DNA of 63,894 nt, filler included, from Craspedostauros australis (taxonomy: Eukaryota), in NCBI GenBank assembly GCA_030167865.1. It is 5 parts of 5 records of this genome, joined end to end, with 100 filler letters (N's around TTAATTAATTAA, not from the genome) between each part and the next. Parts side by side here need not be neighbours in the genome. Positions count along the whole stretch, not along the records: positions 1 to 28,326 come from JALAGF010006551.1; 4 more parts are not named here. One strand, written 5' to 3'. This document shows positions 11,427 through 22,247 of the stretch, piece after piece. The notes below the pieces were generated by a model. That model saw nothing but the letters and a program-made list of their open reading frames with translations. It did no database searches and had not been told where the DNA came from. Position numbers and translations under genes: made by a program. Each line of letters begins with the position of its first letter. The stretch's first letter is position 1.

Positions 11427-12239
11427 ATGCGTTATCATCTTGCACTCTCCTGCCTGCTGCTCGCCGCCGGCGCCTCGGCAACACCATCGCCTTCCGGAAG
11501 CAAAAACTGCGCAGCCAAGGCGACCGGCGCATCACCTACCAACGACGTCTTCGGCATCTCTTCCGCCAAGCGCGGTCCGGTCGCCGCCCAGCGATTGGCA
11601 CCTTTGCTGGATCTGCGCGGTGGTGAAGTCTTCGTGGCCGACACATTGGATGAGGTCGACGCCATCGTCCTGAAAGCCGCATCCAACCAGCAGCTCGTGA
11701 TCATTGACTTCTCGGCGACGTGGTGCGGTCCCTGCAAGGCGATTGCGCCGCTGGTACGTGTGCTATGCACTCTATGAGCTCTGTCGTTTGCAACCTTTTG
11801 CTCACGCAGTCAGTCTCTCAAACAACCTTGTGCGAATTACGCCATCCCATTCGTATCTCACACAACGCTTCGTCTGTCTGTGCATTCATGCGTGCAACTC
11901 CCAAATGGTACGGTGGCATGACGGCACCATATTGGTATCGATGACAACTGACTGCCACCACATTGAACACGATTCTGTTCCATTCTCAATGCCCACGTTG
12001 TTCCTTGAATATGCAATCTCGCACATGTACGTTCCCCCGATCAGTTCGAGGAGTTCAGTGAGGACGTGCAAGACGCTCTCTTCGTCAAAGTGGATGTGGA
12101 TGACAACCCAGAGACTGCAGCGAAGTACTCCGTTTCGGCGATGCCAACATTCCTCTTCATCAAGGAGGGCGAAGTTGTGGACAGATTAATGGGCGCCAAC
12201 CCACAACGTCTGCAGGAGCTAATTTTGGAGCACCTGTAA
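11427..12239 (+). CDS. Thioredoxin (h-like) with signal peptide; 2 exons (11427-11753, 12045-12239)
   Basis: Active site IDFSATWCGPCKAIAPL. A GTACGT...TCAG intron (11754-12044) leads to exon 2, FEEFSE...FVKVDVDDNPETAAKYSVSAMPTFLFIK...GAN. Confidence 0.92.
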
Positions 12240-12755
12240 GGGACGTGCCGTAGCAACAAACCACAGCGAAGGTGGCAGCGCAGTGCGAGCATTGCCACAG
12301 GATCATCACCTTGGTGGCTTGTGCACCAGAAGGTTGACCAATCGAACGACCGGCTATTGGAACAGACAAAGGAAACGACAAGCAGAACGAACAAATCGAA
12401 CTCATACGTATTTACCATACCAACCACCATGAATCAAAGCAGCATCAGCAAAGGCTCTGAGTGAGCAGAATAGATGGTCTCGCATGAAACCAAAGGGGAC
12501 AATAGAACACTCTAGCCCGATACAATGAGTAACATGCGACCACAAACACATTCTGTACTATGTTGCGACTGTAGCTGTCCTATGAATCGCACCGCCGGAT
12601 GGCTCATGGATTCGAACATCTGCCATCCACGCATCATTCACGACGGCCAACGTTTCACATCGTGGAGTGTTTTCATAATTCGTTTCATTGCTACAACTTC
12701 TGGCAGTACTCGAATGCTGTCTGTTCATTCTATTGTACATTGCTGTTCATCCGGT

Positions 12756-14270
12756 TTACATGGTGCATGCGGTGTCCAAGGACGGAACGGCAGCTGCTTC
12801 CTCTTCCATGAGCTCGCTCCACAACTGCTTTCGTTCCTCGATCGTGAGAGAGTAAATGTGCTCGAGGATGTGCTGTACGCCATGGTTGTTCTTGGTTGTA
12901 ACACTCCACAAACGACCTTCGCGCAGGCCGTAGAGAACTGCCAAGCTCATATCCGTGTACTGTGGATGCTCGTATCGGGGTTGGTCTTCGTCCAGCATAG
13001 CTCGTTTGCGCGTGCGTCGTGGCTTCTTAGCCGGTTGGGAGACTTGGATTGCGGATGCCTTCTGCGAAGTCTTCACCATGCTGCGCAGTTTGTTGGTCAG
13101 AGAAGTTGCGTGCTGCTTGGAGGCAGATAAGATGCCGACGAACTCGGGGCCCCATTCATCTGCGTACGATCCCATGATGTCGCTGGCAAGTCCCTTGTTG
13201 GCTGCGGGCGAACGCCATTGGCGCATGGCGCAGAACGATTTGAACTTGGATATAGCTGTCTTCACTTTGCTGGAATGATGGCATCCAGGACTGCCGTTCG
13301 TTTCGAGAAGGTAGGCGACGATGAGGAAGACGGACATCATTGTGTCTTCAAAAGGAGCGTACTTTCTCGCGACGCCGAGCAGGACATCTTCATATCTGGA
13401 CGTGGCGAAGACCTGAGCCGGAGTGCTGGCACAGGATGTTCCATGGACCTTGCTCCGTTTCTTGGGGTGGTGCGACGAACGCGGCACTTGTCGGGCTGAT
13501 TCAGGAAGACGCAGCATGGGACGCACGGGTGTCCGGCGGGGCGACAACGTCTCGCGCATCGGCGTGTTGCCGAGGTGTTGATATTGGAGGAACTGTAGCG
13601 GAGTTTGCGCCAGCTGTTCGTACTTGCTCACGGGTGTGGCTGGGACTTCTTGGCTGCGCGTCGCTAGGGTGGCAATCGGTTGGCCATTGCCATTGACATC
13701 CGAAGCCATGGATGGGTCGGGTAGGTTGGAGAGGAATGTGACGAGTCCTGCCTCTCTGCCGTTGTCAGGAAGCTCGAATGCAGCTGCCTCGTCGATCAAC
13801 GGCGGGAAGGCGTCCGTATCCGCAAAGAGAGCCGTGCCTCGATCATTGACACGTCGGCCCGTTGCTTCCACTCCGGTTGCACCAAAGTCCGTCACCTGCC
13901 GTGCGAAGGATGCGATCGGCACATCATCTTGGTTGGCGTCGGTATTGCCGTGATTGGTCATCGTCGGCATCAAGTCTGGATCTGTGAAACAGGCGCCGTC
14001 CAAGTTGTGAGCATGCGAGATGCTGTCTGTGATGGCTGTATTCAGCGTCGGCGAGTCGCTGAAACGAAAGGCACTCGAAGGCAGTGCTGCGAAACCGTGA
14101 AAGGCGTCGTCTTCGTCGACCGAAAAGGTGTGGAGGTGAGGGATGAGCTGCATGTCGTCGCAGGTCACCGATGCAGCATCGGCCGGCTGCGAGTCGGGGG
14201 CTGTCGATGTCTCAGGCATCATGCGATCGTCCTTGATCGCAGCGCCGTCCCGGAATATCGCAGCTTCCAT
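12756..14270 (-). CDS. Hypothetical protein (504 aa), acidic disordered N-terminus, basic NLS-like clusters
   Basis: Long ATG-initiated ORF with HPKKRSK and PAKKPRRTRKR; no family recognised. Confidence 0.55.
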   Translation of the reverse strand: MEAAIFRDGAAIKDDRMMPETSTAPDSQPADAASVTCDDMQLIPHLHTFSVDEDDAFHGFAALPSSAFRFSDSPTLNTAITDSISHAHNLDGACFTDPDLMPTMTNHGNTDANQDDVPIASFARQVTDFGATGVEATGRRVNDRGTALFADTDAFPPLIDEAAAFELPDNGREAGLVTFLSNLPDPSMASDVNGNGQPIATLATRSQEVPATPVSKYEQLAQTPLQFLQYQHLGNTPMRETLSPRRTPVRPMLRLPESARQVPRSSHHPKKRSKVHGTSCASTPAQVFATSRYEDVLLGVARKYAPFEDTMMSVFLIVAYLLETNGSPGCHHSSKVKTAISKFKSFCAMRQWRSPAANKGLASDIMGSYADEWGPEFVGILSASKQHATSLTNKLRSMVKTSQKASAIQVSQPAKKPRRTRKRAMLDEDQPRYEHPQYTDMSLAVLYGLREGRLWSVTTKNNHGVQHILEHIYSLTIEERKQLWSELMEEEAAAVPSLDTACTM

Positions 14271-15613
14271 GGTGGAGCTTGAGATGATGCTGCTGCTGCT
14301 GCTGCTGCAACTACTACTGTTGACGCTGTGGATGATCGATGACAGTGAAGATCAAGGGAGCGATCCTGTGTAGTCTTGTAATAGTCGTAGTTATGTGCTG
14401 TGTTTGTGTGCAGGAGCGTCTGATTTGCACGAAAAGCAAAAGAAAGAGAAGGAGAGCGGCACCTTGCTGTGGTCGTTTGCAACGAGTACACCGCTGCAAC
14501 AGCGATCACCGCGCAAATGCATGTTGTCGCTGTATGCTTGTCGCTGACACAGAGAAACCACAGCACCCTCAATGCTGGTCTTCATAGCTCAATGATCGCG
14601 GAGCCGAAGACCAACGGCCAGCCATCTCACAATCGAAACGGGCCGAGATAAGGATGCGACTTGCGGAAGACGTCTGCTGGTAAAAAATGTGTGTGTGTGT
14701 GTGTGTCACTTTTGAGGCTGGCTCGTCATGGTGTTGCCATTGCGTTTGAGAAGGGGTCAACAGGAGCGTGCTGGATACTGGAGAGCGGCGGCGGCTGTGA
14801 TGATGTGCATCATTGTCAAGCCATGCCGTTGGCTTGAGTTGGTTTGTGGGGATGCGGAAGTTGGGGTGAGTCTGAGGCGTGTGTCAGAACATGGCGATCC
14901 TTGTTCCTCATTCTCTGTTCGCGCAGAATCCTTGGTGGATGATGTCGGTTGCAAACTTCGAAATGGCTGAACTGCCCCAAAACCGAAGAATTGGTTGGTG
15001 TGCGGGCAACACCCTGTGCGATGTCTTGCCGCCTTCACTTCTCGCAGTACAGCATTCGCAGACGTGTTGTGGTTGGCTGACTCGATACCGGATCGTGACC
15101 TGGCCGTTAAATGTGGTCCATGAGACAGCTGTCAAAGGCACAAGGTTTCATGTCACAGTGCAACGGTCGATAATCGTTGCTGCATCACGTCATCGAACAC
15201 CACGTGAAAAGAGTGCATGAATTGCTGCGCCGCGGACAACGAGGCAACCGCTGTGTGTGCGAGCCAACGACTTTTGAGTTGTGTGACGTCGTGCGGTGTT
15301 CAATTACGTGTTACGCTTTTTTTGGACCAGAACAGCAAAAAACATCAAAAGGAAAGACAAGTGAGAGCGCCACAACCGAACGCGCGTGCGAAGCGGTGAA
15401 GGCAAAGTACGAATAGTAAGTGGGGAGACATTCCTGTGGACACGCATAGTAGTAAAACACGGAACAAAACACGAAGAGACAAGCGAGGCAAAACGCAACC
15501 GAAAACTCGAGAGGGGACACGCATCCGAACCACGACGAACAGAACAACCAAGAGCGGCAGACACCCATTCAAAGGTCGTATTCCAGTACATATTAATACA
15601 TACTCGCAGGAAC

Positions 15614-17206
15614 ATGTGCACGCCGGGGTTCAAAGTCAATGAGCCACAAGCACAGACACAGCATCAACAGACGAAGCAGCAACATCAGATCAAGCGAGAG
15701 ATTGAGGAGAAGAAAGAAGAGCCAAAGTTGAAACCGACCCCACCAAGAATCTCACAACCACAAATGCAGCAGCAAATGCAACACCAAGTGCAACACCAAG
15801 CCCAACAACAAAAGACGGCACAGATGGCACAGATGGCAATGCAACCACAGCTGCAGCACCGGCTGCCACCCAGCGCTCCCTTCCGCCATGCCTCTATCGC
15901 CACAGCTGCGCACATCGTCCCTCGGCAACCGCAGGTCAGCGCGTTCGCGCCAGTGTCCACGGTTCGAACGGTCGCAACAACAGCACCAGCTCTGCCAAGA
16001 ACACTTCAGCCGGCGCACCACGTTTCCCCGCGACACTCAGTCATGCCCAAGGCGGCCGTTGATGCAGACATTGTGGTGGTGCGAACCATAATGGCACCAT
16101 CAGCATCAGCATTCACAGCTGTATCCACACCTGCGCACACCAACAACATCATCAACAACGTTACCAACAACGTTACCAACAACGTTACCAACAACATCAA
16201 CACTATCCCTGCAGCACAAGGACAAGCACATGCACATGCACAAGTACGAGTAAGCACACCAACAACAACAACAGCAGCTCTCATTCCTGTTTCAACGACC
16301 ACAACGGCGTCAACAGCATCAACTCCAGCACCAGTGACCAGTGTGGTCACTGCGACGAGAACACAGGCTCAAGGACAGGGACAAACGTCACTGCTGCCGA
16401 AGCTTCAGCAGAATCTACCACAACAACGCGCACAGACGCAATCGCAATCACAAACACAGCCACACATGAAGACAGGAAGCTGGTTCATCGGAGCCAACAA
16501 TGCGCTCAAGCTCTTCACCAGCGTCCAAGGTGACTTCGATGCCAAGCTCCTGTCAGGGATCGCACCCGTCCCCAGCGACATTGCAGAACTCGCCTTCTCT
16601 GTCGAATGCCTCGTTTCCGATGACACCACGGTCGGGGACTTCGACAACACCTTGCTGGAGCGCATCACCATCAACACGCAGGCATCCAAGCGCCAGGCTC
16701 TGCAGCACAAGACTCCGGTTCCGCTTCGCACGGCACCATCCACGCCCACAATCATCGCGGCTCCCTTGGTGTCATCGCCAATGCCAACCATTTCTGTTCC
16801 GACGACAGCGATAGCCACAGGTGCAACCGCTGTCGCCACAGCAGTCCCACACTCTGTGACTATCCAGCAGCCACTGTACCAGCAACAACAACAACAACAA
16901 CAGCCCGCAAGACCCATCACAATGCCAATGCCAATGTCAGCACAACCACCGGTACCGCGCCAAACGGGAACACCCTTCATCGCCACCTTGGTGCCAAATC
17001 CACTGGCCCGCGTCACGCCTCCCGCATCACCCGGCACGGCAGTCGCTGTCAACACGGCATTGCCCAACACCACCAAGCGAAAGATTCATGCGGTGCACTA
17101 TTCACCACCAACAACACCGTTCACCATTCCACAGACAGGAACCCAGCCAGCGCCTCCAAGCGCGCCGGCCTCGCAACCCAAGACGAAGATGATCCGCGTC
17201 ATATAG
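15614..17206 (+). CDS. Hypothetical Q/T/P-rich low-complexity protein
   Basis: Long ORF; first plausible ATG gives MCTPGFK. Contains poly-Q, (NNVT)n repeats and a short globular-looking core (KTGSWFIG...LLERITI). Confidence 0.55.
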   Translation: MCTPGFKVNEPQAQTQHQQTKQQHQIKREIEEKKEEPKLKPTPPRISQPQMQQQMQHQVQHQAQQQKTAQMAQMAMQPQLQHRLPPSAPFRHASIATAAHIVPRQPQVSAFAPVSTVRTVATTAPALPRTLQPAHHVSPRHSVMPKAAVDADIVVVRTIMAPSASAFTAVSTPAHTNNIINNVTNNVTNNVTNNINTIPAAQGQAHAHAQVRVSTPTTTTAALIPVSTTTTASTASTPAPVTSVVTATRTQAQGQGQTSLLPKLQQNLPQQRAQTQSQSQTQPHMKTGSWFIGANNALKLFTSVQGDFDAKLLSGIAPVPSDIAELAFSVECLVSDDTTVGDFDNTLLERITINTQASKRQALQHKTPVPLRTAPSTPTIIAAPLVSSPMPTISVPTTAIATGATAVATAVPHSVTIQQPLYQQQQQQQQPARPITMPMPMSAQPPVPRQTGTPFIATLVPNPLARVTPPASPGTAVAVNTALPNTTKRKIHAVHYSPPTTPFTIPQTGTQPAPPSAPASQPKTKMIRVI

Positions 17207-17739
17207 AGAACGTCGTCACGGCCACTTTTACACATCCTGCGCATGTCACACTCGACGTGTATACGTATTCTTCGCGCAAGTACAGCCATGCACAAACCCC
17301 CGACGGCACAATCCATTTCAACGAGCCGTATCATTCAAGCTTTAGTTAATCCATTACATGTCCTATTCTAACTGTTCGTATCGAACTCCAAACACACGCA
17401 CACGTTGCGATCTGTTGGTGATCCTTTGTTGCTCTCCTCTACTGCCTCAGCCTGTTATGCCATGCTGTTGCTTGCCCAACTACTACTATGAAGACCGAAA
17501 GGATCGCAGTACGTGCGCGACAGCCATGAAGTACAGGAACATCACATTGGTCATGTCCGTCACACCCACAGCACGAAAAGCCGCCACCGTCAATGCCGAA
17601 GGCATCATGCCTGTCTCCAAGTTACAGGCTACGGCCATACCCATGCATACAGAGAGATGAATATGATTCAAAGTGCGATGCAAACCACACAAAAGCAAAA
17701 GAACGAAGGAAGGAACGAAACAATGATCAAGTTGAGTTA

Positions 17740-18972
17740 TCAGGCGGAGATCCGGAGCACATCAGTCATGTTCCATGACTCGTCATGTCCCGTATCGACC
17801 TCTTCCTTGCTGGACCGATCATTCGATGTACCTGGTGCGATTGCTTCTTTCGTTGTGAGATTGGCCGCGGCAACATCCGCTTGTGTTTCCGCATCACCCG
17901 CCGTCTCGTTCTTGAGACCGTTCAGCATGATATCCGCGCGATGTTGCAACCACTGGTAGAATTCCGGATTGGCATCGATCGCCTCCTGATGATACGTGTC
18001 GGGACGCGTCCCATCGCGCACCTGCGACGACACGTGCAGGAAGGTGGACCAGATGGTGCCGATCGCCGTGCGCGTGACGAAGTTGATGACGGCCTTGGGC
18101 AGCATGGCCAGCTTCGCGTCGAAGTAGATCTTGAACTGGATCAGCACGACGTCGTCGTCCTTCTTGCGGGCGGGATGATCATCGGGACAGGCCCGCAACA
18201 GAATCGCGCCCGCGTAGTCGATGCGCTGCGTTCCCTTCTCCAACGGCGGCACCTCGAACCCATCCGGCAGTTGCGTCGACGGTGTTTGGTCGTCGAGCGC
18301 GCTCATCTTGACGGCGACGAATCCCTGCTCGTCAATGTCGTCGACGGCATGCGCGTCGATGATGACCTCGCGCGCGGCCATGGGCCACGGCACGGCACAT
18401 TTGACCTTGAGGATCTGATGTCCTCGCGAGTCCTGAATCAGCTTGCGCGATTCCTGTACGCCCAACCGCACGGGCTTGTCCCAATGCGGAATCCAGCTGC
18501 GGTACAGCGACGATTCATTGAGCACGCTGAGCAAAGGCACGAGCAGACTCGATGGCACGGGACTTTCCATGCGGCACGTCATCTTGGCACCCTGTTCCAG
18601 CTTGTAGTATATGCTGCTGGCGAATTGGCCGTTGGTTTGCCCCAACGTGCGCCATCCGTGTTCGGCGGACGGCGTCGCCAGCAGATCCGACACGGCCGCT
18701 TCGAAGACCTCGGCCTTTTGCAGGATGCGGCGGTGTTCGTCTTCCAGCGAGTTTGGATCATGGACCTTGCGCAGCAGTCGCGCGGCTGCCAGCAAGCGCT
18801 CTTCGCGGACTTCAGCTTCCGCGTGTTGCATCAGTTCGGCGTCCGTCATGGCCGACGCATCCGTCTTCTCGTCGGCTCGCGGTTCTGTCTGCTGCTCCGG
18901 CTGTTTCTGTTCTTGCTGTTCCTTTGTGTTGGCACCAGGAGAAGTCTGTTGCTGTGTAGAGTCGATGCCCAT
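17740..18972 (-). CDS. START-like (lipid-binding) domain protein
   Basis: LLSVLNESSLYRSWIP, VPWPMAAREVII, FDAKLAMLPKAVINFVTR are typical START/SRPBCC motifs; strong coding codon bias. Confidence 0.75.
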   Translation of the reverse strand: MGIDSTQQQTSPGANTKEQQEQKQPEQQTEPRADEKTDASAMTDAELMQHAEAEVREERLLAAARLLRKVHDPNSLEDEHRRILQKAEVFEAAVSDLLATPSAEHGWRTLGQTNGQFASSIYYKLEQGAKMTCRMESPVPSSLLVPLLSVLNESSLYRSWIPHWDKPVRLGVQESRKLIQDSRGHQILKVKCAVPWPMAAREVIIDAHAVDDIDEQGFVAVKMSALDDQTPSTQLPDGFEVPPLEKGTQRIDYAGAILLRACPDDHPARKKDDDVVLIQFKIYFDAKLAMLPKAVINFVTRTAIGTIWSTFLHVSSQVRDGTRPDTYHQEAIDANPEFYQWLQHRADIMLNGLKNETAGDAETQADVAAANLTTKEAIAPGTSNDRSSKEEVDTGHDESWNMTDVLRISA

Positions 18973-19709
18973 CTTGTTCTGCGTCTTTGCGTATTGATGC
19001 AAGAAGATGAAGCGTCGGGAAGTGTACGACTACGAGTATAGTACTTGAATGCAGACTACAGACTACAGATCACGGCAGAGCAGATCAGAGCAAAAGGAGC
19101 GTGTTGAGAAAGGAACAAAGATGAATGAGGTATTGCGAAGAGTTGATGTCCGCACTTCCATATCCTGCAACTTTTGATGATGAAACAACACCAACGATCG
19201 TAACAAGGAAGGGAAGGAGATCAAGACCAAGATGAGGATGGGGACGATGATCACGTCTTGCTCCACTTCTTCTTGTTCGAAGTGATGGACTGGGGACTGT
19301 GTCGCACAGTACCGCATCGCATCAACGTGTCGCGTTTCGATTGCGGCGAGGCATTTCTTCGTGCGGATCTGACATCCTTCAGAAAGCGCGGCAAATTAAG
19401 TGAATACCATGGTTTTTACCTGTGAGAAGTAAACAGAGGATAACTATTTCTACCGTATCTCCGTTGTAATCAAATCAGTCAAACCGCATCCAACAACAAC
19501 ACAAACACAACACAGAACATCGCGAACACAAGCACAAACACCCCTGCATGCACCCAAACAACACAAACAACAGATCACGACCCTCGCATCACATGATCAG
19601 CACAGATACTCTGATCAAAGCAAGTTGAACTGAGCTGGAGAAGCGGAGACCTTGTCGAAACACCAGTGGTGTAGCATTGCAAACAATACGATTGGCAGAA
19701 CAAGACAAA

Positions 19710-20264
19710 ATGGACAACACCAACGAAGGTTACATCAAAACGACAACGCACAACTTCGTGTCGCGTCAGGCGAAGATCCAAGGCGCCAAACAGGTGGAGC
19801 TGAAGGGCCGCTCCATCCTGCAGAAGGACGTCACGGTGCGCGGCGACTTGGCCGTCATCCGCATCGGCCGGTACTGCGAGATCGACGAAGGCACTGTCAT
19901 TGAGCCGCCCGTGCATCCCATGACGAAGAAGCACGTGCACGTCGTCATTGGCTCGCATTCGCGCATCGGCAAGGCCTGCACCGTGCGCGCCGCCGCGATC
20001 GGCAGCATGGTGTGGATCGGCGACAACGTCACGATGGGCGAGCGGTGCATCATCAAGGATAACTGCTACATCGAGTCGGGGACCGTGCTGGGCAGGGATA
20101 CGGTCGTTCCGCCGTTTACGCGGATATCGAAGGCCAATCCACATCGCACGCAGGAGCTGCCGCCGTCCGTTGCCGTGCAGTTGCAGGAGATGTCGATGGA
20201 TCGATTTCAGGAGTTCAGGGAAGATCAGAAGCGGCAGTTGCTGGAGGGCACGACCGTTCAATGA
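19710..20264 (+). CDS. DCTN5: Dynactin subunit 5 (p25)
   Basis: YIKTTTHNFVSRQAKIQG...VRGDLAVIRIGRYC, followed by left-handed beta-helix hexapeptides (AAAIGSMVWIG, RCIIKDNC, DTVVPPF). Confidence 0.9.
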   Translation: MDNTNEGYIKTTTHNFVSRQAKIQGAKQVELKGRSILQKDVTVRGDLAVIRIGRYCEIDEGTVIEPPVHPMTKKHVHVVIGSHSRIGKACTVRAAAIGSMVWIGDNVTMGERCIIKDNCYIESGTVLGRDTVVPPFTRISKANPHRTQELPPSVAVQLQEMSMDRFQEFREDQKRQLLEGTTVQ

Positions 20265-20633
20265 TCGATGATAAATGATGGGTCATTCATGGATCAATGA
20301 TACAAGCATAGACTGGAATCGAGTGTATTCGAGTGCTCAGCAACAGAAGTGGCCTTCTTATCCACGTTTCTGGAGGAACGCACTCGTACAGTACATCAAC
20401 AATCATACTCGTAACGTGGGCAGTGTCGTCGAGATGGAATGTGCGAGATCAGAAGAGTTGCATGCAATGCAAATACGAGTACGTAGGAGTGCTTCTGAGT
20501 GGATAGCCAAGGTAGTGACCAATACAACGGGTTACCCTCACGGAACAGTGATGGTTCAATGATTGTCAACAATATTATTGTTGTAAAGAAGACAATCGTA
20601 TAATCAATCAAAACTTGATACCTCACAACTTCT

Positions 20634-21752
20634 CTACAGATTGCTGCGACCATGCGATGCCCGATCGGTGTCAAACTTGGTGATCATGACCACGCCAAGA
20701 GGACTTCGCTTGTCCATGCTCTCCAACACCCTGCACCCTTCCTCCAATGATACCTCGCTTTCCACCAGGCACGTCGGATCCAGTTGTTTGGTCGCCACCA
20801 GCTGCAGCAGCGCTTCGAGATCATCCGCGGAGAACCCATGCGAACCGACGATCTCGATTTCCTTGCCGGCCACAGACCCCATGTGGATCTGAGGTGGCTT
20901 GTCGCCAATTGGAAGACCAACCTGGACCATGCGCCCGGCGGGTCTCACGCACCGCACAGCATTTTCACATGTCGCTGTGAAACCAGCTGCATCGACTGTG
21001 AGGTCGGCACCTTGCTGGGCGGGCGTCAGCCTCATCACCGCCTTGCAGACATCGTCCTGAGGTTGATCCCGCGCAATGTGGATACAATGCGTGGCGCCGA
21101 GTTCCCTCGCCTTTTGCAGTGCCGCTTCGGAGACGTCGATCGCGATGATAATGCAGTTCGACTTGGTGGCGGCCAGCATGATGCACGAGAGACCAAGCCC
21201 GCCGCAGCCAAACACGGCGACGCACGTTCCATCGCGCAGCTTGCCCTGATGCAGCATCGCCCTGTAGGCCGTCGAAAAGCGACATCCCAACGCCGCCGCC
21301 TGCAGAAAGGACACAGCTTCGGGCAACCGTCGGACATTGCGATCGGCGCGCGGAATGTGCACGTACTCAGCGAACGATCCCCATTGCGTGAAGCCTGGCT
21401 GTTTCTGATCGCTGCAGACCGTCGGCTGACGATGATGCACGCAGCTGCGACATGCACCGCAACTCAGGATGAAGGGCACGGCCACGCGGTCGCCGCGCTG
21501 AACACGCTGCACTTTCCTGCCGCTCTCCACCACGATGCCGCTGAGCTCGTGACCGGGGCAGAACGGCAGTCCATGCGCCGCGACGTCGCCATCGTGACCC
21601 TTCCACCCATGCCAATCGCTGCGGCAGACGCCCGTGGCCATCACCTGCAGCACCACTCCGTCTTCCTTTGCGGTTGGTTTCTCCACATCTTCCACGATGA
21701 TTGGGCCGCCAAATGTTTTGTAAAGTGCTGCTTTCATCGCATATTCGGGCAT
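20634..21752 (-). CDS. Zinc-dependent alcohol dehydrogenase (MDR family)
   Basis: GVCRSDWHG, PGHELSG, structural Zn motif CGACRSC...C, and Rossmann motif VFGCGGLG. Intronless; the start may be the MKAALY Met. Confidence 0.92.
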   Translation of the reverse strand: MPEYAMKAALYKTFGGPIIVEDVEKPTAKEDGVVLQVMATGVCRSDWHGWKGHDGDVAAHGLPFCPGHELSGIVVESGRKVQRVQRGDRVAVPFILSCGACRSCVHHRQPTVCSDQKQPGFTQWGSFAEYVHIPRADRNVRRLPEAVSFLQAAALGCRFSTAYRAMLHQGKLRDGTCVAVFGCGGLGLSCIMLAATKSNCIIIAIDVSEAALQKARELGATHCIHIARDQPQDDVCKAVMRLTPAQQGADLTVDAAGFTATCENAVRCVRPAGRMVQVGLPIGDKPPQIHMGSVAGKEIEIVGSHGFSADDLEALLQLVATKQLDPTCLVESEVSLEEGCRVLESMDKRSPLGVVMITKFDTDRASHGRSNL

Positions 21753-22247
21753 GTGCTATACGAGCATCAACGAGTATGGATAAGTATAATACTATGCTAA
21801 TGTGTTGGCACATGTGAGGGTCGAGACCCATCGGAGTACCTTGGCGAAACAGCCAAGGAGGCGGCTCGAATGAGACACGACGAAACATCATCATGAAAAC
21901 AGGGAGACACGGCGAAGTTTCGCGTTCTCTCCACAAAACACGATTTTGAGTCGGATGTGTCGATTGCTGTTCGCGATTTCCCCACGACTCAACCACGATT
22001 GAGGGAATGGCCAAGAAATGAAACGAGAAAGGGGGCGATCATGGAAATCTTCTGCGATGCTCAACGCTTCCACACAAAAGAACACTCAGGTGAGATCGTT
22101 GGTGTGCGACCAGATCAAACCTCACACGATCACAGTGTATGCGACCTCCCCTGCCTCCAAGCCACAATACCGGAAGCAGCCATAATAACAGAAGTTGACA
22201 GAGTGCAGAACAACAATAATAACAACAACAACAACAACAACGCAACG

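Noticed and set aside
17785..19041. Long antisense ORFs (also 4531-5601, 20784-21800, 45202-46410, 55472-57611)
   Set aside because: These are shadows of GC3-biased or repetitive real genes on the opposite strand and show no independent motifs.
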